In this document: positions 47,788 to 59,794 of the stretch, piece after piece
Numbering within the stretch: position 1 is the first letter of the stretch
Layout of the letters: each line of letters begins with the position of its first letter
Assembly (NCBI RefSeq): GCF_963921235.1
Contig: NC_086106.1
Location: 29,202,001 to 29,266,000 of the forward strand
Source: Mobula hypostoma
Taxonomy: Eukaryota
DNA length: 64,000 nucleotides
Reading direction: 5' to 3'
The notes under the pieces: model-generated
What the model was told of the DNA's origin: nothing
The model's input: the letters and a program-made list of their open reading frames with translations, nothing else
Databases searched by the model: none
Made by a program: the position numbers and the translations under genes

Positions 47788-48993
47788 CTACCCAGTGTGA
47801 ATTCGTTGGTGCCTCACAAGGCTGGAGGACTGCACGAATCCCATTCCACATTCTGAGCAGACGAACGGCCGCTCCCCGGTGTGAACACGCCGGTGTATCA
47901 GTAGACTGGACGACTGAGTGAACCCCTTCCCACACTCGGAGCAGGTGAACGGCCGCTCCCCTGTGTGGACTCGCTGGTGTCTCTGCAGGCTGAAGGAATG
48001 ATTGAAAGCCTTCCCACAATCGGAGCAGATGAACGGCCGCTCCCCGGTGTGGACACGCTGGTGACACTGCAGGCTGAAGACGTGCCTGAAACCCTTCCCG
48101 CAGTGAGAGCAGATGAAAGGCTTCTCCCCAGTGTGAACCCGCTGGTGAGCCAGCAGATTGGACGACCGGGTGAATCCCTTCCCGCACTCCGAGCAGGTGA
48201 ACAGTCTCTCCCAGGTGTGAGTTTGCTGGTGCATCAGTAGGCTGGACGACTGAGCAAATCCCTTCCCACATTCACAGCATCTGAACGGCTGCTCACCAGT
48301 GTGAATTCGTTGGTGGGTCTGAAGGTTAGACGCCTGAGTGAATCCCTTCCCGCACTCGGAGCAGATGAACGGCCTCTCCCCGGTGTGAACTCGCTGGTGC
48401 GTCAGAAGCTTAGCCAACCGAGTGAATCCCTTCCCACACTCGGAGCAGATGAACGGTGTCTCCCCAGTGTGAATTCGTTGGTGCCTCACAAGGCCAGAAG
48501 ACTGAGTGAATCCCATCCCACACTCGGAGCATTTGAACGGCCTCTCCCCGGTGTGAATTTGCTGGTGCCCCAGGAGGTCAGATGACCGAGTGAATCCCTT
48601 CCCACACTCGGAGCAGATGAACGGCCTCTCACCAGTGTGAATTCGTTGGTGTGCCATAAGCTTCGATGCCTGAGTGAATCCTTTACCGCACTCGGAGCAT
48701 TTGAACGGCCTCTCCCCGGTGTGAATTCGCTGGTGCCTCAAAAGGCCAGACGACAGAGTGAATCCCATCCCGCACTCGGAGCAGGTGAACGGCCTCTCCC
48801 CGGTGTGAATTCGCTGGTGCCTCAAAAGGCCAGACGACAGAGTGAATCCCATCCCGCACTCGGAGCAGGTGAACGGCCTCTCCCCGGTGTGAATTCGCTG
48901 GTGCAGCAGACAGTCAGATGACTGAGCGAATGCCTTCCCACACTCGGAGCAGGTGACTGGCCTCTCCCCAGTGGGTGTTTGCTGATGATCCAT
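47788..48993 (-). CDS. ZNF-B: C2H2 zinc-finger protein, 401 aa, 14 tandem fingers, no KRAB/SCAN/SET domain visible
   Basis: Open ORF; all 14 fingers retain C-x2-C..H-x3-H with TGE(R/K)PF-type linkers; upstream splice acceptor at 49772-49773. Confidence 0.92.
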   Translation of the reverse strand: MDHQQTPTGERPVTCSECGKAFAQSSDCLLHQRIHTGERPFTCSECGMGFTLSSGLLRHQRIHTGERPFTCSECGMGFTLSSGLLRHQRIHTGERPFKCSECGKGFTQASKLMAHQRIHTGERPFICSECGKGFTRSSDLLGHQQIHTGERPFKCSECGMGFTQSSGLVRHQRIHTGETPFICSECGKGFTRLAKLLTHQRVHTGERPFICSECGKGFTQASNLQTHQRIHTGEQPFRCCECGKGFAQSSSLLMHQQTHTWERLFTCSECGKGFTRSSNLLAHQRVHTGEKPFICSHCGKGFRHVFSLQCHQRVHTGERPFICSDCGKAFNHSFSLQRHQRVHTGERPFTCSECGKGFTQSSSLLIHRRVHTGERPFVCSECGMGFVQSSSLVRHQRIHTG

Positions 48994-49873
48994 CAGGTCA
49001 CTGTGTTGCTTGAAGTTTTTACCGCTGTTGGATGTGTCACTCTCACAGTGAAAGCTGGACCATGACCTTTCACTGGCACGTCACCAAGTGGGATGAGCAA
49101 GTGAATCCTCTCCCACACGCAAAGCAGGCTAGCGGTCTCTCCCCAGTGAGAATTTGCCGGGGTCTCATCAGGTCAGATGATTGAGAGAGTCCCTTCATTC
49201 ACCTGAAGCAGGGTGATAATGTTTCTCTGGAACCATAGTGATCAGATGACCAAATTAATTACTGTCCTCAAGTGGAAACCGGTGGAAAGAAGGTTTGAAT
49301 GTTCTCAGGGAAATGGATCAAGTTTATCTCAGTCAAAAGAAGGAATGTTTCACTGGTGCAGAAACAAGGATGTGGAGAACACGTTCCCAGTCACAGATCA
49401 GGTGAGCTCACCTCCCCCAGCGTGTCACACACGGTCTCTCGTTGCAGTGGGTGTTCCTTTCCCAGTCTGCACTGGCGTGATCACTGCCCGCTCCTTCACA
49501 GGCTGGAAAAAGTTACAAGGCTTCCCTGCAATCCTCATGAAAGTGGTTTCTTTCCTCCCCGCCGTAGACAGTGTCTCACTCCCCAGCTGTGTCACGGTCG
49601 GTGCCCTGCAACAGCCCTCACTGCCTGGGGTCTGAAGTGAAACAAACCAGCATCTCTCCTTCCACGTTCACAGGCCGATGACATTCAGGTGCTCGGGAGC
49701 TGAGTGGGGTGTAGACCTGATATGATATTCCATCTGAGATACCCAGTCGCAATTCCTCCACCTTTGATGTCCTGTAAAAAGTTACAAAAATCATCAGTAA
49801 GTACAGGGTAGTGAATCAGAACAGATCACTTTAATCTCCTGGGTCAGCTGTGACTCAGTTGGTAGCTCTCTAA

Positions 49874-50624
49874 AGGCTGATTTATATTTTTGCATCAAAT
49901 GTATGCCATAGCCGCGTACCCTACGCTGTACTCTACGCAAACCCTACGCTGTACTCTACGCAAACCCTACGCCGTAGCCTAACGGGCACCTCTCCCAAAA
50001 TGTAACTATGCGTTGCGGTGTCACAGACCACAACAACTGTGATTGGCCCGCTTGGTAGCCTCGCATTTCCTCCTACGCTGCAGTAGCTTCCCATTGGGTG
50101 AATAAAGGGCAGGGAAGGAACTCTGGCTGCAATGCTTTCCATAAAGCTTTACAGACCTCCGGAATTATGGAGGACCCTGTGCTTGACGCCAGTTTGTAGC
50201 GAGCTGCTACAGCCTGTTGACTTCCACCTGAAGCTAAAACTCGAATGGTGATTGCCAGTCTGAGTATACTGTGCGTACACTGATGTGGAATAAATGGTTG
50301 GAGACGATGAACCAAATCGTCAAATCTACCTGCCAACATTAGAAAATATTTGAAATGCAGTTCCTCGTCCATGTCTCTCAGTGGCCGGACAAGCACAGAA
50401 AATTCACCCTCCTTCAGTTTCTGTCGCCATTGTTTGAAGTTTGAGTTTCTTCATGCTGAGTTTCAACATGAAGAAACTCAACACAGTGGCATAGAAACCC
50501 CACCGCCAACTAGTGTTTTGGTGGTGAATTGCAGAGCGACGCAGACACACCAACACACAAGTATGGCGTAGCCCACTTGCGTAGGCTATGGCGTAATTTA
50601 GTACGCACAAGTATAAATCAGCCT
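49874..50624 (-). mobile_element. PIF/Harbinger non-autonomous DNA transposon (751 bp)
   Basis: TAA TSD at 49871-49873 and 50625-50627; TIR aggctgatttata; ORF 50073..50396 resembles a Harbinger transposase N-terminus ([30 protein letters not shown]). Confidence 0.93.
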
Positions 50625-51454
50625 TAACTATGACACTCTGATTGTAACAACTTAGAGAAGTTTGGATAGGTACATGGATGAGAGGGGTAGGGAGGCCTAT
50701 GATTCAGATATGAGTAGATGGGTCCCAGCAGACATGGACTAGATGGGCTGAAGGGCATATTATTGTGCTGTAGTGGTCTAGGATTTTCCTGCCTCTGTGT
50801 CAGGCTCAGGGGCTTGTGTTCCATTCCAGAGACTCGAGCACAAGACTGGACAGAGTGTTCAATTAGTTCACATTCAGATCACAGATCACTGCATAAAGAT
50901 TAGAAATCCCTTATACAAACTTCTGAAATTCTTTGCCAGGCTCGTAATAGTGGTGGAATCACAGGTGATATCAAAGCACCTTTGGGCCGTAAGGGAGTTG
51001 AGGAAGTGGACTTCTGCACTGTGAAGTCCTACATGAAAAACCAGCCTGATGAAGAACAAGAGACCTGCTAATCAGGGGCGAGGGGGGGGGGGGTGGAAAC
51101 AACATTATTGACCAGGACATGAGGCACAAATGCCCAGCCCTTCTCCCAAACATTATTCCAGAAAGGCAGTGCTCTGACGTCTAAATCAAAACCTCTGATC
51201 TGATTTTCAATCTGGATAAAATCAATGGAGAATAAAAACCAAATTAATGCAGATTTAGTGTATATAGTCGGCATGTAATTGTGTAAAAGGACTTCTTTCT
51301 GTGCTCTATCTCTCTAGGACTCAAACATAGACTCACGAGAAGAAAATACAGGTCGACTTTTTTTTGTTTTGTTGCTGTTGTGATTAGAAGAACAGAATAG
51401 GGTACATATACAGTATCTGATCTTCAGAAGGACTTTGAAGGTTTTGAATCAAAA

Positions 51455-52140
51455 TTAGGGTACCATGTAATGTAGTAGTTAGTGTAACACTATTACAGCA
51501 ACAGAGACCGGGGCTCAATTCCCACTACTGTCTGTCAGTAGATTGTACATTCTCTCTGTGACCTCTGGGTGCTCAGCTTCCTCTCACTTTCCAAAGCTGA
51601 ACAGTTCAGTATTCTAACTGGTAATGGGTGTCATTGGCCAGCATGGGCTCACTGGCCCAAAAAGACCTGTAATTGTGCTGTATCTCTAAAACATGAAAAA
51701 GAGGTTGGCGATATTATATTGGTGAGAATTCAGGCTTGCATAATGGAAATCAAATGATTTGAGTAATCAGGGTTTTTCTAGGCTGGGAAACTGTAAGGAT
51801 TGATGCAGGGGGCCATGATCAATGATTTGAGGCCAAGTGTTGCTCATGGTGCAGAACTGGGCAATTGTGTGCATTTTAACAAGGATACAGAAAGTTATTT
51901 ATTAATTTTGTTGATTTTTGGGATGCCGTGCAGATTGGGCCCCTCAAGCCACACCACCTAGCAATCCACCTACTGAACACTGGCCTAATCAGGGGACAAT
52001 TTACAATGACCAATTAACCTACCAACTGGTACCTCTGATTGAGAGAAAACCAGAGCACTCGTGATCTCAGGGAGAACGTACAAACTCCCCGCAGACAATG
52101 GCTCACTAGTACTGTGCTAACCACCACACAACCTTTGCCA
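51455..52140. mobile_element. Two degraded V-SINE-like SINEs in opposite orientation (about 51455-51690 plus; about 51920-52140 minus)
   Basis: ggctcaattccc B-box-like sequence followed by ttgtacattctctctgtg; the reverse counterpart is gggagaacgtacaaactcc. Confidence 0.55.
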
Positions 52141-52349
52141 CCCATATTCAGTGAGGAAGATACACATTTCATTTGGCTCCTTAGAGATGCCCTCTTTGGT
52201 CCTGGAGGGGCCCTACAGCCCACAAGAAGGTCCTTTGATCCAATTACATGGTAACTACATACATTAAATTTGCATCAATTATGTTTTATTCTCCCTTGAT
52301 TTAAAAATCCCTTGATTTATTTTCTCTATTTAGTAGTAATATTGTTCAG

Positions 52350-53145
52350 TTCCGCTTTATCCACGCTGAGATCCGGATTTGTGTCTGGAAGCCTCACCAC
52401 CGGTTCCCAACTCGTCTGCCTGAGCACCGGCGACTGATGGGATCAATGGCCGCCTCCCTACCCACAATTCACTCCAGCCACTCCACGCATGCGCCACCGC
52501 ACATATTTTAGGCCTACAGTAGCGCCTCGGGTCGGCGGCAGGTTTAACCTCACCGGGACGATTGCAGAGCCCGTACCGGATCGTTCCCCCCGCCGGGAGC
52601 TTCTCTTTGATGTTGATGAAACGCCGCAACCCGGCGCTCAGCTCCAAACCTCCGCCGAACAGTACGATCGGCTGACGTCAGGCGCATGCGCTCTGGGCTT
52701 CTGAGCAATTTAATCTGTTCACAAACTTGCATTTAAACAGCGCCTGTCTCTATTTTACGGCTTCCTCGCTGCTTTCAGGTCTTATTGTCACCAAGACCTT
52801 CTCTTGTCCCTTTCACGCTCTCCTGTCCATTCTGCTCGCAGCGCCAATTGTGTGAAATCAGGTTCGGTGAGCGGGGCAGAAGACACTCGCTACCGGTAAG
52901 TTAATTACCTCATTTACAGGGCAAGACAAATAATAAACAGTTAATCAAGTTACAAATCATTACCTACAGTGTACAGACAGGCCCTCACTGCACCGCTATT
53001 CTCGCGTCATCGGTCGCAAGCTAGTTAGTGGTGACCCAGAGAGCAAAAGGGACCGACTGCTGGATTCATGTTCGACCGGCGTTGTGGCACCAAACGGCGG
53101 TCAGCGGAAGGGCTGCAAAGCTCCTTAAACGGGTCACTCCCCAGC
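52350..53145. promoter_or_regulatory. CpG-island-like promoter, likely containing the first non-coding exon of ZNF-B (minus-strand donor GTGAGG at 52397-52392)
   Basis: CpG-dense; NRF1-type motifs at 52486-52494 and 52682-52691; CRE at 52673-52680; YY1-like motif at about 52444-52454; plus-strand donor GTAAGT at 52896. Confidence 0.7.
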
Positions 53146-54567
53146 TAACAAGGAGGATGAAAATGCACTGGGTTCCAGAGTGGAACAAAAAAAAATAGCA
53201 ACACAGACAAAATGCCGGAGAAACAGGCAGCATCTATGGAAATGAATAAATAGTGGAAAGGAAGGGGAAAGACGACAGGATAAAAGGGTGGGGCGGGAAG
53301 GAGGATAGAGAGAAAGTGATGGGTGAACCCAGGTGGGTAGGAAAGGTAAAGGGCTGGTGGTAAGTGAATCCGATAGGCGAGGAGAGTGGAGGATAGGGGC
53401 TGGAGGATAGGGGCAGGAGGACGGGAACCAGAGAGAAGTAATAGGCAGGAGAGAAGAGGTAAAAAACCAGAGTGGGGGATAGAAGAAAAGGAAAAAGGGA
53501 GCAATTTTTTTTTACCAGATGTTAAAATCAATATTTATGCCATCAGGTTGGAGGCTATGCAGACAGAATTTAAGGTGTTCCTCCACCCTGCGAGTGAGTG
53601 CATCCTGACACAGTAGGAGGCCATGGACCGATATGTCGGTTTGGGAATTGGAATTAGAATGTTTGGCCTCCGGGAAGTTCTGATTTTGGCGGAGGGAGCG
53701 GAGGTGCTTGACAAAGCGATCCTCCAGTATACTATGGGTCTCACCGATGGCCACTTGGGGAGCATTGTCACAATAAGCGAGCTCAGTGGATTCGCAGGGT
53801 GGTGTTGCCTCACCTGGAAGGACTGTTTGGGGCCCCCTGTGAAGGTGAGGGACGAGATGAGTGGGCAGGTGTAACACTTAGGCTCAAGGGGGATTAGCGC
53901 TAGGAACAAATGGACAAGGGAATTGCAGAGGGTGCGATCACTGTGGGAAGTGGGGAGGAGGGGGAGGTAAAAATACAGTTGCAAGTAAAAGTTTATGACC
54001 CCTTTGCAATGACTTGGTTTTCTGCATTAATTACTGTTAAAATGTGGTCAGATCTTCATCTGTCAAAAAAGTAGACAAACACAATCTGCCTAAACGAATA
54101 ACACACAAACAACTGTACTTTTCATGTCTTTATTAAATACATCGTTTAATCATTCACAGTCCAGTCTGGAAAAAGTATGTGAACCCTTGTATTTAACAAC
54201 CGGTAGAACTACTTTAGCAGAAATAACCACCAATAAGCGTTTCCTGTAGCTGCTGATTAGATGTGCACAATGGCGAAGAGGAATTTTAGACTATTCCTTA
54301 ATACAAAACTGTTTCAGTTCATCAATATTTCTGGGATACTTTGCATGAAAAGCCCTCTTCTGGTCATGCCACAGCATTTTTAATTGGGTTATGGTTTGGA
54401 CTCTGACTTGGCCATTCGAAAACACAAATTTTCTTCTTTTTATACCATTCTGTTGTTTTGTGTTTCAGATTATTGTCTTGTGCATCATCCAACTCCCATT
54501 AAAATTCTGGTGACAGATCACTACCCTGACGTTCTCCTGTAAAATGTCTTGATACAATTTTGAATTC

Positions 54568-56166
54568 ATAGAAACATAGAAAACATACAGGCCCTTCGAC
54601 CCACAAAGCTGTGCTGAACATGTCCCTACCTTAAAACTACCTAGCCTTTGCCCATAGCCCTCTATTCTTCTAAGCTCCATGTCGCCATCCAGGAGTCTCT
54701 TAAAAGACCCTATCGTTTCCGCCTCTCATACTAGCCAATTCAGCCCTGGGGAAAAGCCTCTGACTATCCACATTATCTTGTACACCTCTATCAAGTCACC
54801 TCTCATCCTCCATCGCTCCAAGAGAAAAGGCCGAGTTCACTCAACCTATTCTCATAAAGCATGCTCCCCAATCCAGACAACATCCTTGTAAATCTCCTCT
54901 GCACCCTTTCTATGGTTTCCATGTCCTTCCTGTAGTGAGGCGACCAGAACTGAGCACAGTACTCGAAGTGGGATCTGACCAGGGTCCTATATAGCTGCAA
55001 CGTTACCTCTTGGCTCTTAAACTCAATCCCACGATTGATGAAGGCCAATGCACTGTATACCTTCTTAACCACAGAGTCAACCTGTGTAGCAGCTTTGAGT
55101 GTCCTATGAACTTGGACCCCAAGATCCCTCTGATCCTCCACATTGCCAAGAGTCTTACCATCAATGCTATATTCTGCCATCATATTTGACCTACCAAAAT
55201 AAACCACCTCACCTTATCTGGGTTGAACTCCATCTGCCACTTCTCAGCCCAGTTTTGCATCCTATCAATGTCCCGTTGTACCCTCTGACAGCCCTCCACA
55301 CTATACACAACACACCCAACCTTTGTGTCATCAGCAAATTTACTAACCCAACCCTCCACTTCCTCATCCAGGTCATTTTTAAAAATCACAAAGAGTAGGG
55401 GTCCCAGAACAGATCCCTGAGGCACACCACTGGTCACTGGCCCCCATGCAGAATATGACCCGTCTACAACCACTCTTTGTCTTCTGTGGGAAAGCCAGTT
55501 CTGAATCCACAAAGCAATGTCCCCTTGAATCCCATGCCTCCTTACTTTCTCAATAAGCCTTGCATGGGGTACCTTATCAAATGCCTTGCTGAAATCCATA
55601 TATGCTACATCTACTGTTCTCCCTCCATCAATCTGTTTAGTCACATCGTCAAAAAATTCAATCAGGCTCATAAGGCACAACCTGCCTTTGACAAAGCCAT
55701 GCTGACTATTCCTAATCATGTTATGCCTCTCCAAATGTTCATAAATCCTGCCTCTCAGGATCTTCTCCATCAACTTACCAACCACTGAAGTAAGACTCAC
55801 TGGCCTATAATTTCCTGGGATATCTCTACTTCCTTTCTTGAATAAGGGAACAACATCCGCAACCCTCCAATCCTCCGGAACCTCTCCCGTCCTCATTGAT
55901 GATGCAAATATCAATGCCAGAGGCTCAGTAATCTACTCCCTCGCTTCCCACAATAGCCTGGGGTATATCTCGTCCGGTCCCGGTGACATATCCAACTTGA
56001 TGCTTTCCAAAAGCTCCAGCACATCCTCTTCCTTAATATCTACATTCTCAAGCTTTTCAGTCCACTGCAGGTCATCCCTACAATCGCCAATATGCTTTTC
56101 CGTAGTGAATACTGAAGCAAAGTACTCATTAAGTACCTCTGCTCTCTCCTCTGGTTCCATACACAC
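54568..56166 (-). mobile_element. CR1 LINE, 5' truncated, with a well-preserved RT
   Basis: ORF 55180..55914 encodes YRPVSLTSVVGK, DFSKAFDKV, GVPQGSVLGP and FADDTK; catagaaa tail. Confidence 0.95.
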
Positions 56167-56807
56167 TTTGATTGCAGGTTGTCCAGGCCCTCAGGCAGCA
56201 AAGCAGCTCCAAACCGTGATGCTTCACAGTTGGGATGAGGTTTTGGTGCTGGTGTGTAGTGCCCTTTCCCCCCCAAACATAGCAGTGTGCAGTTCTGTCA
56301 AAAAGTTCAACTTTTATCTCATCTGTCCACAGAACATTATTCCAGAAGTGCCGCGGTATTTGCAAACTTGAGATTTACGGCAATGTTTTTTTTGGAGAGT
56401 AGTGGTTTCTTTCATGGTGTCCTTCCATGAACATCTTTCTCGTATTTTCTTATAGTGGACACATGAACAGAGACTTTAGCAAGTTCTAGAGATTTCTGCA
56501 GGTCTTTTGCTGTTACCGTTGCGTTTTTTTTCCACCTCCTTCGGTATTGCACGTTGTGTTCTTGGTGTGAACTTTGTAGGACACCCACTCCTGGGGAGAA
56601 TAGCAACAGTACTGACTTTCCTCCATTTGTAGACTATTTCTCTTACTGTGGACTGATGAACACTCAGGGCTTTAGAAATGCTTTTGTAGCCTTTTCCAGC
56701 TTCATGCGTCTCTACAATTCTTCTAAAGTCCTCTGAATGTTGTTTTAATTGAGGCACGGTGCATGTAAACAGATCTTTCTGGAGAAGAAGAAGATCTGTC
56801 AGTAACC

Positions 56808-57086
56808 TATAACCATATAACAATTACAGTACGGAAACAGGCCATCTCGGCCCTTCTAGTCTGTGCCGAACTCTTACTCTCACCTAGTCCCACCAACCTG
56901 CACTCAGCCCACAACCCTCCATTCCTTTCCTGTCCATATATCTATCCAATTTAACTTTAAACGACAACATCGAACCTACCTCAACCACTTCTGCTGGAAG
57001 CTCGTTCCACGCAGCTACCACTCTCTGAGTAAAGAAGTTCCCCCTCATGTTACCCCTAAACTTTTGCCCTTTAACTCTCAACTCTT
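56808..57086 (-). mobile_element. Young CR1 3' fragment
   Basis: Same family as 37431-37730. Confidence 0.9.
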
Positions 57087-58877
57087 AACCTGATCTTGAG
57101 TGTCTTATAGGGCAGGGCACCTCTATAACCCACACCTCCAATCTCATCTCATTGATTGGAACACTTGACTCCAAATAGGTTTTGGATGAGGCGTTACCCC
57201 AAAGGTTCACATACTTTTTGAACCTAGACTGTGATTGTTTAAAAAGTTTACTCAGTATTGACAAGAAGACGTACAATTGCTTGTTTGTTATTAGTTTAGG
57301 CCGGTTCTGTTTGTCTATTATTCATTTTAGATGAAGATCCAACCACACATTTTGCAAAACAAAGAACAGGTCATTGCAAAGGGTTCACAACTGTATGTTT
57401 ACTGGGAGCATCCCTTTGGAAACGGCAGAAGTCGTGGAGGATGGTGTATGGGATGCAGAGATTCATGTGGTGGTAAGCAAGGACAGAGGAATTCTTATCA
57501 CTGTTAAGGCTGTGGAAAGATGGGATGAGCCCAGATGATCGGAAAATGTATTTGAGGGCAGCATCAGTAGTGGAGGGAAGGAAATAGTGGGAACAGATAT
57601 GATGGGAGGCAATGGAACTGAGTAAAGGGTATAGCATTCGTACAGGAGATAGGGTGGGAGGAGATATAATCAAGATATCCATGGGAATTGTTAGGTTTAT
57701 AAAAGATGTTGGTTGACAGTTTGTCTCCAGATCGAGAAAGGGGAGGGAGGTGTCAGAAATGGACCGAGTGAATATAAGGGTGGGGTGGAAGTTAGAGGCA
57801 AAGTTGATGAAATTGATGAGCTCAGCACGGGTGCACAAAGCAGCACCAATGCAGTCGTCAATGTAGCGGAGGAAGAGTTGGGCGGTGTTATTGGGGAAGA
57901 CTTTGAACAGACTGTCCTACGTAGACAGCAGAGAGGCAGGCACAGCTGGGGTCCATGTGGGTGCACCTGGCTACCTTTGAGTCTGGAGAAAATGGGAAGG
58001 GCTGAAGGAAAAATAAAGGGTGAAGGCAGGCTCTGCTAGATGGAGAAGGGTGGTGGTGGAGGGGAATTGGTTGGTTCATTCATTAAGAAAGAAGCAGAGA
58101 GCTTTGAGGCCTTCTTGATGGGGATATATGTGTGCATGGACTGAACATCCATGGTGAAATGAGGTTGGCAAGTTCAGGGAATTGAAAGTTGTGGAGGAAA
58201 TTGAGAGCATGAGAAGTGGGTGGATTAGGTGGCAGGGGACTGAGCCAAGGGGCATAGAATGGATTTGAGGTATGAGGACACGGGTACAGTGGGGCAGCAG
58301 CAGGCAGAGACAATAGGCCTACCCAGACGGTCAGGTTTGTGGATCTTGGGTAGGAGTTAGAGGCAAGCAGTGCAGGGTTAAGGAAATGGAGTTTGGTGGC
58401 AGTAGATCCGAGTTCTCCAGAGTGGAAGGGGTCAGTGATGGCAGAGGAGACTATTTTCTGATATTCTGGAGAGGGGTCCTCTTCGAGGGGTAGGTATGAG
58501 GAGGTGTCTGAGAGTTGCCACCCGGCCTTAGCAAGGTAGAAGTCAATAAGCCACACTACCACAACACCCCTTTTGTCAGCGTGTTTGAAGGTGAGGGTGG
58601 CACTGGTGTGGAGAGAGTGGGGAGCAGTGTGCTCAGAGGAGGTAAGGTTCGAGGATGAGAGAGGAGTGCTGACGTCAAGATGGTTGACGTCTTGTTGGCA
58701 ATTCAAGATGCAAAGATCCAGAGCGAGGTGTCTGTGAAGAGGAGAAGGGTTGAATAGAGGAGAAGGAGGTCGTCAGTGTGTGGAGTGGAATTCTTGCCAA
58801 AATTAAGGATGTAAACATAGTGGTGTTTTTGCATAAGGGGGAAGATGAAAGAAATAATTTTAAAAGTCTATTTGATC

Positions 58878-59683
58878 TGTTATGTACCCCGTGACTGGGT
58901 TGCCAAACCAGCAGAAATGGAACGCTTGTTGGAGTCTGTGATTACTAGGACCTAATAAAGTTTTATTAAAGAAATAAGTAATACAGTACACTAATCACAA
59001 GAATATAAATGTAACAGGTTAGCAATGATAGTATACACATATACACAGAAATAGGGTAATAGGAATCAACCAAGCTCTATCGCAGTCTAGGGGTAAAATG
59101 ATCAGTCTTAAGTGAAGCAGAGTTCAGTTCAGTTTAGTGCAGTTCGAAGTAATCGCTGTTGTTGTACCGTTGGGGAGAGAGAGAGAGAGTGAGAGATGCA
59201 GTTGGTTTCGGGCAGACCTTTTGATGTCTTCTCATCCTGCTGTGGTCATCGACTGTGACCCCTCCGTTCCGGATACGATCATTCTTCCGTGGTGAACCCG
59301 ACACCCAGGCAAGGGTGGACACACACCCCAGGTTCCCACCGATCGTACATTTACACCCTGTGAGCCTCTGACCAATTCCCGCGAACCGGACCTCCAAACT
59401 TCCACCAACTTGTGGGGGCACACTGCTCTTTCCAGGGTCTCGTGGCGTGTCGTGCCTTAGCAAACCTGCTGTTTTTATCCCCCTGCTGGGGTATCACCTG
59501 TCCATCAAACTTCAAACAGTTCAGGTTCAAAGCAAACGGTCTGTCAATATCTGAATTATGTTTCTTTCTCGTTAATCTCTCTCTTCTCTCTTATTAGCAT
59601 TTTGAATATTTCTCCATTGTCTTCCGTTATCTCTCTCATTAGCATCATCCGTCCGGTAGCTCTACTTGGTGTCACACATGACA
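58878..59683 (-). mobile_element. Gypsy-type solo LTR (806 bp), same family as 19957-20790
   Basis: TG...CA termini; TSD gatc at 58874-58877 and 59684-59687. Confidence 0.92.
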
Positions 59684-59794
59684 GATCACTGTGACAGCAA
59701 AGTTGGGATCAGGAAAAGAAAGGATGGCGTTTATACAAAGTTCAGAGGACGGTGAGAACACAACTGGGTATAACAGGAGGGAGGAAGTTATACT

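Larger units (their letters stand above)
53976..57393 (-). mobile_element. IR/DR-type Tc1 transposon, defective, carrying two nested CR1s
   Basis: TA TSD; roughly 200-bp imperfect TIRs (cagttgcaag..ccctttgcaatgac) with inner repeat aaaaagtatgtgaacc; transposase motifs GKGYKSISKAL..STVREIVYKW and FWNNVLWTDEIKVELF. Confidence 0.9.
53190..58800 (-). mobile_element. Penelope-like element split by a Tc1 (pieces 53190-53975 and 57394-58800)
   Basis: IGETHSILEDRFVKH, NFHPTLIFTRSISDTSLPFLDL and HADKRGVVVVW motifs; the sequence rejoins across the TA target. Confidence 0.85.

Noticed and set aside
48702-48904. CRISPR-like or PRDM9 array
   Set aside because: The repeats are coding fingers with no spacers, and no SET or KRAB exon is seen in the window.
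47765-48921. Overlapping alternative-frame and antisense ORFs with repeated motifs (e.g. 47965..48240, 48301..48585, 47765..48271)
   Set aside because: They are shadow frames of the 84-bp zinc-finger periodicity.
50073-50396. Host HARBI1/ALP1-like gene
   Set aside because: It is a short fragment without the DDE core, enclosed by TIRs and a TAA TSD.
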